A stretch of DNA of 55,870 bases. It comes from Octopus bimaculoides (Eukaryota). The notes under the pieces were generated by a model. It searched no databases and was not told the DNA's origin. It was given only the letters and a program-made list of their open reading frames with translations. Location: assembly GCF_001194135.2 (NCBI RefSeq), contig NC_068989.1, positions 66,018,972 through 66,074,841 on the forward strand, read 5' to 3'. The translations under genes and the position numbers were made by a program. Each line of letters starts with the position of its first letter. Positions within the stretch are counted from its first letter, which is position 1. Shown here in pieces: positions 39,911 to 53,258 of the stretch.

Positions 39911-40037
39911 CAGCACCCTTTTGAGAACATTTGATAGATGGAAACGTAAAGGAGTCCCTCTTATATATNNNNNNNNNNTATATATATGAATGTATGTATA
40001 TATGTGTGCGTGATGTAATCTTGGGACTGAAAATGTT

Positions 40038-40112
40038 TGCAGCTGAAGATAGCTTTAAAACATCCTTTGTATCAACAATATATATTGATATAATGAAAGT
40101 TTGTGTACCGCG
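40038..40112 (+). ncRNA. decayed hammerhead motif related to the 12855 copy
   Basis: TGCAG-CTGAAGA-T...T-GAAA-GTTTGT-GTA-CCGCG versus TGCAG-CTGAAGA-T...T-GAAA-CGTGC-GTA-CTGCA. Confidence 0.5.
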
Positions 40113-40205
40113 ATATCGTTTGTGCTCTGTTTTCAATTAACGTTTAATATATATATATATACATGTGTGTGTGTGCGTGCGCGCGCGTGTATGTGTGTGT
40201 GTGTG

Positions 40206-40236
<31 letters not shown>

Positions 40237-40249
40237 ATGGGTACAGAAC

Positions 40250-40555
40250 GTCACTGACAGTAAACAACATGAAATACAGAAACAAATGATTTCAATACGC
40301 AAACAACAAGAGAAACAAATGGAAAACAGGACAAGTAACACAAAGAACGACCCTTTATCAATTGTCGGCTGTCTATCTACTCCTCATTTCGAGCATTGAA
40401 CGACAATATGAGTCTTCGAGGACAGTTGCCTCCATAAGTATCAAAATAAAATTTGGGATTTATTGAGGGTCAAAGTTGGGAACAGAAACAGGACAATGGA
40501 GACATACAAGGAAACCGAACGAAAACAGACAAAGAGGGTCGCTGGGAGCTCAAAG
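40250..40555. repeat. unclassified repeat fragment, LTR/pLTR-like
   Basis: Purine-skewed block similar in character to the reverse strand of 10560-11245. No ORF. Confidence 0.3.
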
Positions 40556-40749
40556 ATAGTAACACTAGCTTCACATTATATTGGGAGATCCTTGCTACAG
40601 CACGTTCGTATAATAGAATAAAATAGAAAATGTCACCTTTGCAGAAATGAGATTTTCTTTATTCTAACTGCACGAATTCCGTTAGCGAATCTGAGAGTTG
40701 AGCGTAGTATAGCTCGTCTGCATAAAGGTAGGACCACTTTCGATAGTTA

Positions 40750-41690
40750 TAAATAACACTAGAAATATTCATACTACTCCAAATTAGTACTTATAACCCA
40801 TAGCTATTAATTAGTAGCACCTTTTAGGTTTTTGCAGGTTATTCATCTTAACCTTTATTATTTTTGTCTTGCTTAGAAGTATTGAATCTAATTTAGGCAA
40901 TTTAATTACAGACCCTCCCTCTCCCCCTTTTACTAAGTCTTGTTTGTCACACACCCCACCCTTAACTATTTCCTACTTCTTATAATTTTTAACATTAGAT
41001 ACTTTTACACTTCTCCATATTAATGTATATAATTCCACACCATACATAGAGTAGCCCCTTATAGCTTAATAGCGGTTTTACACCTTACTCCATTTTAGGT
41101 CATCTTGCAGAATAACCGATGCCCCACTACTTAGTCAATTATCTAACCTCCACCCCCTTTCCATTCTCCTAAATTTAACCCCTCCTTTCCCTTTTAACCT
41201 TTCTCTTCTTTCAATAGATATAAATATCACTAGAAACACCCTTACTACTCCATATTAGTACGTTTAACCCACAGTTTATAATCAATAGCACATGTTAGTT
41301 TAATGGAGGGGCTACATCATACCCATTTATACCTGTCATGCTTAGAGGTATTGAGTCTTTTGGAGCCAGTTTAATTTCAACACCCACTTCTACCCTTTTT
41401 CCTAAGTTTTATATGTCCCCCCCCCCCCACACTTAACTCTTTCCTTCTCTTATACTTATAAACTTTATACATACTTAACTACCCCATATTAGTATTTATA
41501 ATTCCACAGCATACTAATAGGAGCCCCGTTTTTTATATCTTACACCTTTTGTTGTGCATACTGTTAGGAATAACCGAGGCTCTCCTAGTTAATTTAACAC
41601 CTAACCCCTCCCGGTATTCTTCTCCTAAGTTTTTAAATGTAACCCATTATTTATATCTATTACCTATTTCATTCACCAATTTACATTTCC
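40750..41690 (+). repeat. diverged tandem repeat, ~235 bp monomer organised as a ~470 bp dimer
   Basis: CTCCA(A/T)ATTA-type anchor at 40777, 41013, 41248 and 41482. Stronger matches at offset 469 (GTCTTGCTTAGAAGTATTGA 40866 / GTCATGCTTAGAGGTATTGA 41335; AATTCCACA 41031 / 41500). Confidence 0.75.
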
Positions 41691-43058
41691 CCAAACTTAC
41701 AAATGTATTACCCCTTGTATTTTTTCCTTTTATTTCTATTATTGGTGCTATGACCTCTAGCTTTCTACCACATTATTGGCCCTACTTATATTTGTATTAC
41801 TATAACCCTCTCCCACACACACACGCGCATGCTTGATTCCTTCTTCCTTCTCATTCTATTTTTTCAGACTAATTTATTATTTATTTTATAGTATTTCCTT
41901 TACTTTATTGCACACTATGCCCACTAATATTTCTTATACCCTCTAGGAATTATTACCCTTTTGTTTGTTTTAATGATTAGATTTAATTAGTATTTTTCTA
42001 TCTTACCTTTGGACATTTTATCTTTATCTTAATTTTAATTGTTTTTCATTATTATTATTGCTTTTTAGGCTCACTTAGTTAAATGCTTATCTTAAGGTTA
42101 CTTTTCTCATAGGATTAACCAGCCGGTGGTTTCGGCATTAATGTTACATATCTATTGTATCCATTAGTGTCTCCATATTTCTTTCTTTTTTTTGGGTGGG
42201 GGGGTTATAATAACATAAATTATTTACTTTTATGTCAACGTTGAATTTTGTAGGCTTCATAGTATTTTAGCATGTGATTTGTCCTTAAATATTATTCGCC
42301 TAACAATCAGTACCATTCTATTTTTATTGATGCCCTGTAGCGCACCTATTTAATATACTTTTATTACATACCGGTACTTAATTTTTACTGCAATTTGCTA
42401 TATACGTTGTTCAGCCATATTTTGTTTTCCTTGTTTTCACTGAACTGTTGGCCTACCACGACCTGTTGCCTCCTCTTAACCACTTAATTGACGGTCTGAT
42501 GGAAATAAGCGGCCTTTTAATTCTACTCATTGTCTTATCTCCCTTACCTTTTTTCCTTCCTTTCTTTTTCTTGTTTATATATAAGCAAACCTTTTGTACC
42601 GGCTTTAGCTTGTTAATTGTTTTAAATTGTTACTGACCAATGTAGAGACCACTGGACTTAGACCATTGTGTACCTTAGGGAAGATTCTTGGTATTACTTT
42701 CCTGTGAGTAAATCTTTTATTTAGTAAACTACATCAAATTTTTAAACTTTACTTAAGCATATTCCGTTTAATATAGGTTTCACTTTTGAGAATTATATTA
42801 GTATCCTATTTATACAGAGCTTCTGGATAACTTCTTCATTTAACACCCTGACCCCAACTCTTAACTGTACTCTCCCGTTAATAACTTGTAGAATTCCCTT
42901 GACCTTTAATAGCTCATTCTCTCATCTACTTTCTTTGAGTTCGGATGGTAAATAATTATGTGCACTTAACATTTTTGGCATTTAGACTATTTGTCTAAAC
43001 CATGTTTTCTTACCTCTTCCTTCTCGCTTTTGTTTATATTATATGATCTTGTTTTTCA

Positions 43059-43168
43059 CTCTGATGAAGATCGGTTGCCTTAATTCGAATGCCCTATGAA
43101 GATGAATTTTATTCTCGCAATTATGTATAGACTGCATTCTGGGAGTTTTGATCAGAAACAGCTGTTAG
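43059..43168 (+). ncRNA. type I hammerhead ribozyme motif with 77-nt loop II
   Basis: CT-CTGATGA(43061-67)-A-GATC...GATC-A-GAAA(43155-58)-CAGCTGT-T-AG; stem III ACAGCTGT is a perfect palindrome. Confidence 0.65.
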
Positions 43169-43524
43169 CTTTGTTATGTCTTGCTTTCTATTAATAAACA
43201 AGCTTTAAATGTGGTCCTAGCGATGTACTGGTTAATCTATGTTTTTCTCCATTTTCTAATTATTCGCATTGGTTCCCGATGAACTTTTGTTTATCCTATG
43301 GCACCTGCGCTCGACGTATATGGTGTCCTTGCACACCATTGCCCGGGAATAACACAGGTAATGGATACTGATAGTACATACCGATATTTTATCCCGTAGT
43401 CGGTTACTACAACTGCTAACTCTATTTATACACGCATATATACGGATGTATTATTTATCTTATTATTTGATTGAACTCCCACGTATCCATTTCCAAATAA
43501 GTTTACCTTATATATATATATATA

Positions 43525-43565
43525 CATGGCCGCAGTCTAATGGCTGAAACTAATGAAAAAGAAAG
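43525..43565 (+). mobile_element. isolated family-B SINE/partner-LINE 3' tail
   Basis: CATGGCCGCAGTCTAATGGCTGAAACTAATGAAAAAGAAAGA matches the tail at 31490-31537. Confidence 0.65.
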
Positions 43566-44097
43566 ACATTTTTGACAGTAAAGGTCCTACTTCTAAAAGA
43601 CTGAATACATTTATTTGCTGACACGCAGTTTTTATAGATGAAAACAATTAATATCAATTATATCAATTTTCTTAAACAGAACATTTCTTAAGAGTTGGAA
43701 TTGCGAAATAATTTACCGATGTTTATTTCTGTTCTTTGTTGTTTCAATGATTTTGATAAGAAATTACAAAATTAAATTTGTGAGAGATTTATATTTTGTA
43801 TGATAGACTTATTTACATTTCAAGTATTATCTAAAACAATATTTGTTTTATAAGTTTGTTCTATTTGTTTAGTTCCGAGATATTATTTTTATTACTACTT
43901 TTAATTTTTATTATTTTGTGTGTGTGTGTATTTGCTTTTTCTTAATTTCTGCATCAATTTCATTTCCGTTATGCGCTTATTTTCGTCTAAATTCCAGACA
44001 GGCAACTATCCTTAACGTCTTTTACTGCAAGGCAATATATAAAATGTTCAAATGTTCACTTAAGAAAAATTTCTCTTCTTAATGCAATTTTCATAAT

Positions 44098-44136
44098 CAT
44101 GGCCGCAGTCTAATCACTGAAGCCAGTAAAAGAATA
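44098..44136 (+). mobile_element. isolated family-B SINE/partner-LINE 3' tail
   Basis: CATGGCCGCAGTCTAATCACTGAAGCCAGTAAAAGAATA. Confidence 0.65.
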
Positions 44137-44589
44137 TTTAGAAAATCTATCTATCTATCTATATCTAGCTATCTATCTATCTATCTATCTATCTATCCGT
44201 CTATATAAATATATATGTATAACTATCTATCTATCTATCTATCTATCTATATATATNNNNNNNNNNNNNNNNNNNNNNNNNNNNNNNNNNNNNNNNNNNN
44301 NNNNNNNNNNNNNNNNNNNNNNNNNNNNNNNNNNNNNNNNNNNNNNNNNNNNNNNNNNNNNNNNNNNNNNNNNNNNNNNNNNNNATATATATATAACGAA
44401 AATGGAACGTTAAAACGATCTCTTCTGGAAGATTTTATATTCAACATGGAAATAACATCTTCCCGGCATTCTAAAGTGGCATAAAACACCATTAAAACTG
44501 AATTAGACAGTTTTACTGAAACTTTCACCAATTTTATAATTGCAACTAAGACTACCACCACCAGTACTACTATTACTGCTATTGTTATG

Positions 44590-44720
44590 CCACTTGTCAC
44601 GAGGCCATACGCTTTTAAAGAATGGGTAGCAGTCGATTTAATCGTCTTTCCGTTATGTTCCTGCAAACTATTTTATCGACCCCAGAGACGGATGAAAGGC
44701 ACAGTCAAAAACCAATTAGA
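44590..44720 (-). mobile_element. family-A SINE core and tail fragment
   Basis: TATTTTATCGACCCCAGAGACGGATGAAAGGC is the reverse complement of the family-A core. Confidence 0.6.
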
Positions 44721-45231
44721 TTTGATCGCAGAACATAAATATATGTCGCAAAATGATGGTAGTTATTTTCCTGTTTTTTTTTGTTTTTTCGGTTTTCAAC
44801 TTATTCAACCCATCATTCATGCTGCTGCAACTACAACTACTAATGTTAATGTACTAGCTAGTGTTCTAGCATGACCTCAGACTGATGCCTGAAACACACA
44901 CACACACACACTAACACACACACACATATATATATATATACATATATATACATCGCTAGCTAGCTGTATACATACATACATANNNNNNNNNNAATGAGGA
45001 TTCATTTCATTTGTCCGATATACCGAATTACCTGCTTCTGAATTGACATATAGTTGCCTGATCATTTCAAAGGCATATGCACCCATAACATTATTGTAAG
45101 AATTAGTGACATTGTCATTTTGTTTTGGGTTTTTTTATTCTGTTTGTTTGTTGTTTTTTTTTTGCGCGCGCATGTGGGAGACATACTGTGAGACATAAAA
45201 AGCTTATACATTTCCAAATTACAACTACAAT

Positions 45232-45390
45232 TACCGACAGGTTCCTATACAGATTCCGTCCATCCAGTTTCAGTCACAAAACATGGATCGAAGCTATACC
45301 ATAACAACATATTCCCAAAATGCAACGCACCATCATCGAATTAGAGACTTTAGGGTTGCGAAACGAACTCATTAACTATACAAGACCATT
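45232..45390 (-). mobile_element. degraded family-B SINE
   Basis: ACAGGTTCCTATACAGATTCCGTCATCCAGTTTCAGTCACAAAAC...CCCAAAATGCAACGCA aligns to the reverse complement of 31190-31290. Confidence 0.5.
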
Positions 45391-48193
45391 GGAGAAGACG
45401 TTAAAATTCTGCGTCTAACCCTCTCGCTATTATCGTCACCACTCCCACTTTACATGATGGTACAGGTATTGATTCTAATGATGGTGATAGTGTTTACATC
45501 GTAATGTCTCTGGTGTTGACATAGCAACGCTCGGGTGAGATGAGAGAGTTAACATGCTTTTACCCAACTGCATTACTAAAAGAAAAGTGCACCACCTTCC
45601 AAGCTATTTTTATCTCACTTTTCCTTTCTTGTAGTTTGTAAACACAAGCCTCAACATTTTCAAATAAATATCTTTTTAAAAGCAACTTTGAAAATTAGAA
45701 TATTAGAATCTCGTTCGAAAAGAGACCAGAAAAAATAATGAACTAATGTCACACCACCCACTTTTTGATTCTATCACAAAACAAAGGAAAAATAAATTAT
45801 TTAAATTAGTAATGTCAACTATAAATATATAGGTGGAGTGATAAAATATCGTTTTTTTTTTTTACTTCAACAAAAAATTATTTCAAATGTTGGCACCATT
45901 TCAGTAATTTTCTGGAGCTATTCGATTATATCGACACCAGCGCTCAGCTGGTTCTTATTTCATCGACCCGGAAATTCTGATATAGATTAAGCAAATATAG
46001 ATTAACCAACCACTTCAATGAAACACTTGACGACGTCGTTTACAGTTATCTAGTCTTTTGACAATTGCAAAGTATATTCATAGTCACTATTCAGTTGGCA
46101 GTAATGCACGCTGTGTAATATGTCAACACTTCAACTTGAAAACAGATAAGTGATACAATTATGTGCAATTATGTACAAAACTCGACACGAATTACCTGTT
46201 CGGCCACATTCATTTTTTAATAAGTCTGTCTCGACAGACAAGATTAAGAAGAACATCTCCAAAGTCACATCCAAGAAATGGAACGAAATATTTCTACTCT
46301 CATAGATATCTCAATTCCTTCTAAAGCATTGCACGAAGGAGGCGGTGAAACACCCAAAGTACACGATTTTTAAAATTACAAATAAATGTGTGAAACGTGG
46401 GAGTTATATTAATACCAATAGAATATGAGGAACTTTGTACGATGAAAATGAAAGTTATTAACATAATTTGCAAATCCTACTAGAGAGCTCTCAAAGTTTT
46501 ATTCAACCAATGAATAGCTCCTACATCCTATTCAAGTAATTTTTATACTAGGCCACATAATACAGTCTATAAGATAGCTCAATAACGACTCTGTACCATA
46601 TGTAGCATTTATGAGCTTATTACATTCTACTCAAGACATTAAGGCACTCAACGGTATACAATGTCTAGTGACATAGCCCTGCGTACTACTTAAAATATTC
46701 TTAATTCAATAGCATAACTCAAGCAGTACGCGCTCAGCACACAATATATATTCATTCCAATAATCACCCATCAAAATAACACAATTCGCACAACACACTC
46801 CTCAGATTCAGAGCGAAACAATACGTAACTACCCATTGCTCTTATATAATATGAATGACACAATAATAGCATTGACATACTCAATTTGACATTCAACGCA
46901 GTTGTTAACTATTGACATAACACAACCCATGCATCGCGTACCAAACGCAATCATCGATCAATCCTACAATGTATTACATCAACCGCAAAGGTGTCCAGTG
47001 TGCCATGTAGTACGACTGAACTTGAAACCATACGGCACTATGGTGCAAACTTTGTAATCACACAGTAATGATACACATACATTTAAGGTAAATCTTTCTG
47101 CCCTTAGTATGAACTTACGATTGACAAACTGCTTGTACAGCACCATATCCATTCAGGTATTTAACCTCTATTCACCTTTTATAAGAATGCGAAGTTATTC
47201 CATTTTCCTCTTTTTTTTTTTTTACACTTCGTTTAGTCAGGAGGAAGAGGAGCCCCTACAAGACATCCGAAATCGGTGGGAATGATATCATTAATGCTTT
47301 ACACTAGTTACTAGACACCATGACTAGTGTAGGTCGCAGATGGGGAAACATTAGACACAAGGGGAATAAATGGAGGAGAGACGAGTTGTTAGGGAAATAG
47401 ATGAATGGAAATGGTATGAGACATCCGACGAAAATAACAACTCATATTTTACATGTATCAATATAACAGATGAAACACGAAAATAACACCAGAAACAGCT
47501 AATTAAATCCCACGACATTGCAAAACCGTTATAGTTTATAAACACATTTTTTTTATTCCGCACAAACTTTACGCACGCAAGGGTGCACCCTGCGGTGCAG
47601 TAAAAACTCGTATAAAAACTACTAAAATATTAACATAACGATGAAGTCTTATAATAATTTCATTTGACGTAGTACAACTTGTCTTTATATTTATTTATTT
47701 CATTTTCTCAGAAGAAAATTGTGTAGTCGATTCCTCTACTGGACCCGGTTTATTGATCTCAGGACAAAAGTGCGGTAGGAATTTTCACTATTTGAAGTGA
47801 AGTAGTGGAAAACGATATCAGAAAACATATAGTTCACCAAGTACAGTCTGTACAATGTCAACATAAACTATCTACGTGCAGTAACTATGATAATAAATAG
47901 CGCTTAAACATAACTGGCTGCTTCGTTAAATTTCCTTGAAACAACAGAAGCTAGTAAGTGTCGCGAAGCAGCGATAACATTTTAACCAGTGAAAATCGAT
48001 CGGGCCGCTGGTTGCTGTTTATTGACACAATGTTCCTCTTAGTAATCACACGTAAAGGAATACTCTGAGTTGTGAAGGCATGGATCATCGGTTTCTTGAG
48101 AATAAATTAACTCCATTAAACGTACTAACTGGATAATATTTTCTTGTTTCTATGTCCAAATGGCTATATACATATATGTGTGTGTGTGTGTGT

Positions 48194-48241
<48 letters not shown>

Positions 48242-48453
48242 NNNNNNNNNNNNNNNNNNNNNNNNNNNNNNNNNNNNNNNNNNNNNNNNNNNNNNNNNNN
48301 NNNNNNNNNNNNNNNNNNNNNNNNNNNNNNNNNNNNNNNNNNNNNNNNNNNNNNNNNNNNNNNNNNNNNNNNNNNNNNNNNNNNNNNNNNNNNNNNNNNN
48401 NNNNNNNNNNNNNNNNNNNNNNNNNNNNNNNNNNNNNNNNNNNNNNNNNNNNN

Positions 48454-48488
<35 letters not shown>

Positions 48489-48602
48489 CATACGCACACA
48501 TACATATGAGTGTTCGCGAGTGTGTATGTATGTGTATATATGAGTATGTGTGTGTGTATAAAGATAAAATGACGGAGAAATATGATGAATTTTATTTAAC
48601 AG

Positions 48603-48626
48603 CTAGCTGAATTACCCGGCGTTTCC
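48603..48626 (+). mobile_element. possible Helitron-like 5' terminal motif
   Basis: CTAGCTGAATTACCCGGCGTTTCC resembles (A)CTAGCTGAxTACCCGGCGTTGCCC starts; no 3' end found. Confidence 0.25.
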
Positions 48627-48639
48627 AAGATTTTTTTCC

Positions 48640-48680
48640 CTCTAGTTTCAGCTCAGAGCTGCAGCCATGCTGATGCACCG
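48640..48680 (-). mobile_element. SINE/LINE 3' tail related to family B
   Basis: Reverse complement CGGTGCATCAGCATGGCTGCAGCTCTGAGCTGAAACTAGAG. Confidence 0.55.
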
Positions 48681-49111
48681 AAGATATATTCTTTTTCTCA
48701 TAATTATTTCAATACATCTATATTTTATTGAAAAATATCCAAATTATAACGATAATAGAATTTAGAACTCAAAATCCGTCAATCTTCAAGCACCCCATGA
48801 TAAACAATATTCATTGTGTAACCCACAAGAGTAAACAAGAGAGACAGAGACAGGCAGAAAGAAGGAAAATGCCCCTTGTATTTGAATACTATGCAAATAT
48901 TCTTTTAAAAACTTTTCTTTTAATTTTTCCAAAATTTTAATTGTTTTCCATACTTACGGTTGAAAAAGTCTCAATTATTGAAACCGGTACTGAAATATTT
49001 TTTATTAAATTATTTTAGCATTTTCTACCTTGACTTTTTTCCATATATATCAACTTGTGTGTTCCTTTTCAACCTCCTACACACACATATGTGTGTGTGT
49101 GTGTGTGTGTG

Positions 49112-49169
<58 letters not shown>

Positions 49170-50619
49170 CACTTAAATATGCAAATATGCACAGAGACAC
49201 ATATTTATATATATATATATATATATATGTGTGAGTGTATTTGCTAATGGAGCTTCTCCAATCTATATGATGCGCTCTATTTCAAATATTCCTTATTGGT
49301 AAGGCTTCATAAGAGCACTATGATTAAGTTACAATAAATTGATTCAAAACGTTATATAGGCTTTTAATGTCAAGAAATCTCGTACCAATTACTACAATTA
49401 TTGCATTTGAATCTTCAGTTTATATTGATTTCTTTCATTAACATAAACAAAAGACTTGATGGAGTCTAGAGAAGCAAACTAAGGTTATCACTGGTATACT
49501 TCACTCAGTGGCAATTTGAATTTTAAATTTAACTTTTATCAACATTTTTGGTGCTTCTCGAAGATGATGAAATGGATAGTTATGAATGATCATTTTCCGA
49601 TGGAAAATTTTTATTGCCTTAAAATTAAATAAAACAATTTTTTTTATTTCTGTAACTTCTCCCATAACTATACTGTCATATACTCCTGCTCCTCTGTGTT
49701 TATGATTCCTTCTCACTGTATGGATATAGCGTTTCTTTCTCGTTGCTTGCACCTATACCTGGTATGTACACTCATCCCGCATCTCTTAAATTGTCTCTTT
49801 TCTATATCTCTTCCCCTTCTCTCTATACAATGTTAAAGCGACTGGAAATCGCTCTACCATTCAAAATTTATATCGGCTATCATTGTGTGAGAATTGTCTC
49901 TTTCGCATAGTTTGTTTTTGTTTCTTTTGGCTGTTGTTAGGTGTGATATCAACTCATATCGAGCAGATCTGTGATCAAAAGCATTGTACCCGTTAGCATA
50001 CAAAGAAAACTATACTATCTAGTGTTTTATTTCCTTTTTAAGGCTAGACATTTCATTGATAATTCTAGCAGATCGAGTTAGTGTCTTCTGGTGATTTGAA
50101 AATGCGATTTTGTTTCAGTTCCTAATTTAAAATGTTTAGTTTTTTTTCATACATTAGAAAAAATGCGCTTGGAGAGAAATGAAGGCAGTAATACTTCTCA
50201 CCCTAAACATTAGGTAACATAATGTTGAAGAAATCAACGAAAATTAATTCAGTATTTATTATTCGAATTATATTATTATCTTAAGAAATTTGACCTTGGC
50301 TGCATATACAGATTTGGTGTTATTATTTTGTTTAGTTCAGTCACGGTTGACTCAGCTGAACTATGATGAAATATAATTGCTTCAGTCTTCAGCGTCCAAT
50401 TTTTATTCAGCCACATATTAACCAAAACCACATTATCTATTATGTTGTGCTTTTCCCATATTTAAAACGATACGGTGTGATTTGGCTACTACTATGCCTA
50501 GAAGATCGTGAGACCGTTTAGAAGTTTTCTTGCTTGCTCGTCACAACTTTGTTTCTTTCAAATATAAATGAAACATTTAAGCAAATATGAATTAAGTGAA
50601 ATAATTCGGAGTTGCTCAT

Positions 50620-51010
50620 GGCATGTTTTTGAACATTACAGGATAATACAGGCTCATGAAATACCATACGGCATAAATTCTCAACTTATTAAGATTATCT
50701 CCAGTTTACAGGATGTGTCATAATTACCAAATGACAATTAAAACCAGCTCCACTTTAGAAGATGAGATGATCTCAAGATTTAAATGTCCAAAGCTGAGAA
50801 GACGAGATAAATGAATTCCACAACGGAATACAGTCCCTGCATTTATAATATAGTTGTTACTACAGATATGCACACAAACATTGTAGACGGCATCGAAGAG
50901 AAAGCCTTACGATAAATTTACAAAGAATCATTCACAAGTACACTTCAACCTGCAGCCCACAGAACCCCTGTCTCCTCACCCTATCTTTCCTATCTCTACG
51001 ACAGCAGCCT
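50620..51010 (+). mobile_element. degraded APE-type LINE RT fragment
   Basis: PYGINSQLIKIISS and NIVDGIEEKALR*IYKESFTSTLQPAAHRTPVSSPYLSYLY resemble (K)LxxYG...WISSFL and LDRIQRKAIRLI...LQPLxHRRxVxSLxLFY motifs. Confidence 0.5.
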
Positions 51011-51359
51011 CTATTCCTGAGAATATTCTATTGCCCACCATGTCCAAAAACAAAATAAATAAATAAATAAATAAGAAAACTACCAGAAAACTACGGTATC
51101 TTAATATGCAAGACATTTGCAATAATCGCTGTACCGATCTGTCTTCTATCTCATCAAATGTTTGGAATTCACTTATAACTAAGAATTCTTTTTCACTCTC
51201 AAGTTGCATGCTAAGTTCATCAATTTTTTCAGTCTTCGGTTAAAAACCATGGATTATCTTCCTTATCCTACCTTAGTCAATAGAAAAGTGACCTTCCCGC
51301 CATAAGCTGTATTGATAATTATGTTTTTTTAATGTCCTTTCCACTCTACTCCTTCTCCC

Positions 51360-51882
<523 letters not shown>

Positions 51883-52287
51883 CCAACTCATCTCCACCTC
51901 CTTCTCTTTTCCAAATTTCACTCCGTTTTCCATCCAACAATTTCACTCTCACGCGTTTTCAGTAACTAATTATATTCCGTTTCCATTTATTCTATATCTA
52001 TTCCGTGCTTTCTTGGAATAAGAACAACATGAAATCCTTTACTCACAACTTGAAGAACGAAACTGGAGCCGCAGCGATTGACTGTCATCCACTATGGTCA
52101 AAAGAAAACTCCGAGTTTTATCAAATGAGCACAAACTGTGCCGACACAGATGGCCATCACTACATTCTTTGGTTTCTTTGTCTTACAAGAATAATAAAAT
52201 TGTAGATTGTGTTTTCAGAAATTTCAGATGCAGAAATATTCTGATTAGACCATCAATCTTGAAATAACGTTTCACATATATTATCGT

Positions 52288-52426
52288 CTGTTGTTGTTGT
52301 TGTTGTTCTTGTTCTTCTTCTTCTTCTTCTTCTTCTTCTTCTTCTTCTTCTTCTTCTTCTTCTCCTTCTTCTTCTTCTTCTTCTTCTTCATCATTTTTCC
52401 GTCTTCTTCTTCTTCTTCTTCTTCTT

Positions 52427-52457
<31 letters not shown>

Positions 52458-52460
52458 TTC

Positions 52461-52491
<31 letters not shown>
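52288..52491. repeat. compound (TTG)n(TTC)n(TTA)n microsatellite
   Basis: Directly visible. Confidence 0.95.
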
Positions 52492-52492
<1 letters not shown>

Positions 52493-52494
<2 letters not shown>

Positions 52495-52789
52495 AGCATT
52501 ACGGACTAATTGGATAAAAGCCAAACTAAACAAAAGCCAAGTAGATTCCCAATGTAGATTATGCAAATCAAAAGAGGAAAGCGTTACTCATATAGTAAGC
52601 GAATGTAGCATGCTGGCACAGAAAGAATACAGGGAAAGACATGGGAGCTTTGTAGAAAGCAGGGATTTGAACATAGTGAGAAATTGTATGAACCTGAATC
52701 TAGTTAAAATACTGGAAAGTAAGAAGTACAAGATGTTGTACTTTAACATTCAGACTGACAGGGTATAGAAGGTAGAATGTCTGATTTGA

Positions 52790-52849
<60 letters not shown>

Positions 52850-53211
52850 ATAAAGAAAATAAAAAGTGGCAGATAATTGATTTTACAGTCCTAAATGATG
52901 AAAAAGTTAGAAAAGTTGAGTGATATGAGAGGTTAGCTTGGGAAGTAAAGCAGTTGTGGTCAATGAAAAAGGTAGCGGTAGTACCAATAATTGTCGGAGC
53001 CTTGGGAACAGTGAGCAAAAGTCTCGAGATGTACGTGGAACAAATAGAGGCTGCATTAAGGGTGGAGCACCTGCAGAAAACTGCAATGTTTGGAACCGCT
53101 CGAATCCTCCTGAAGGTGCTCGAATAATAAGAGGTGTTGCTTTAGTTCACTGGTAGTGAATAGCTGACACTGTAGTACATCCTCAGCGTTAGAAGCTGTG
53201 CAAAGCAACGC

Positions 53212-53256
<45 letters not shown>
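52493..53256 (+). mobile_element. R4/Dong-like retrotransposon 3' fragment (CCHC knuckle + restriction-like endonuclease + 3' UTR + (TAA)n)
   Basis: QALRTNWIKAKLNKSQVDSQCRLCKSKEESVTHIVSECSMLAQKEYRERH (C-x2-C-x8-H-x4-C); NIQTDR..EGRMSDLIV(n)DKENKKWQIIDF...VVPIIVGALGTV...LQKTAMFGTARILLKVLE* (stop 53125-27); (TAA)n at 53212-53256. Confidence 0.9.

Positions 53257-53258
<2 letters not shown>

Larger units (their letters stand above)
40750..43440 (+). mobile_element. ~2.7 kb ORF-less, pyrimidine-skewed element containing a tandem repeat and a hammerhead near its 3' end
   Basis: C/T skew contrasts with the flanks and there are essentially no microsatellites inside. Hammerhead at 43059-43168. Boundaries approximate. 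Confidence 0.45.
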
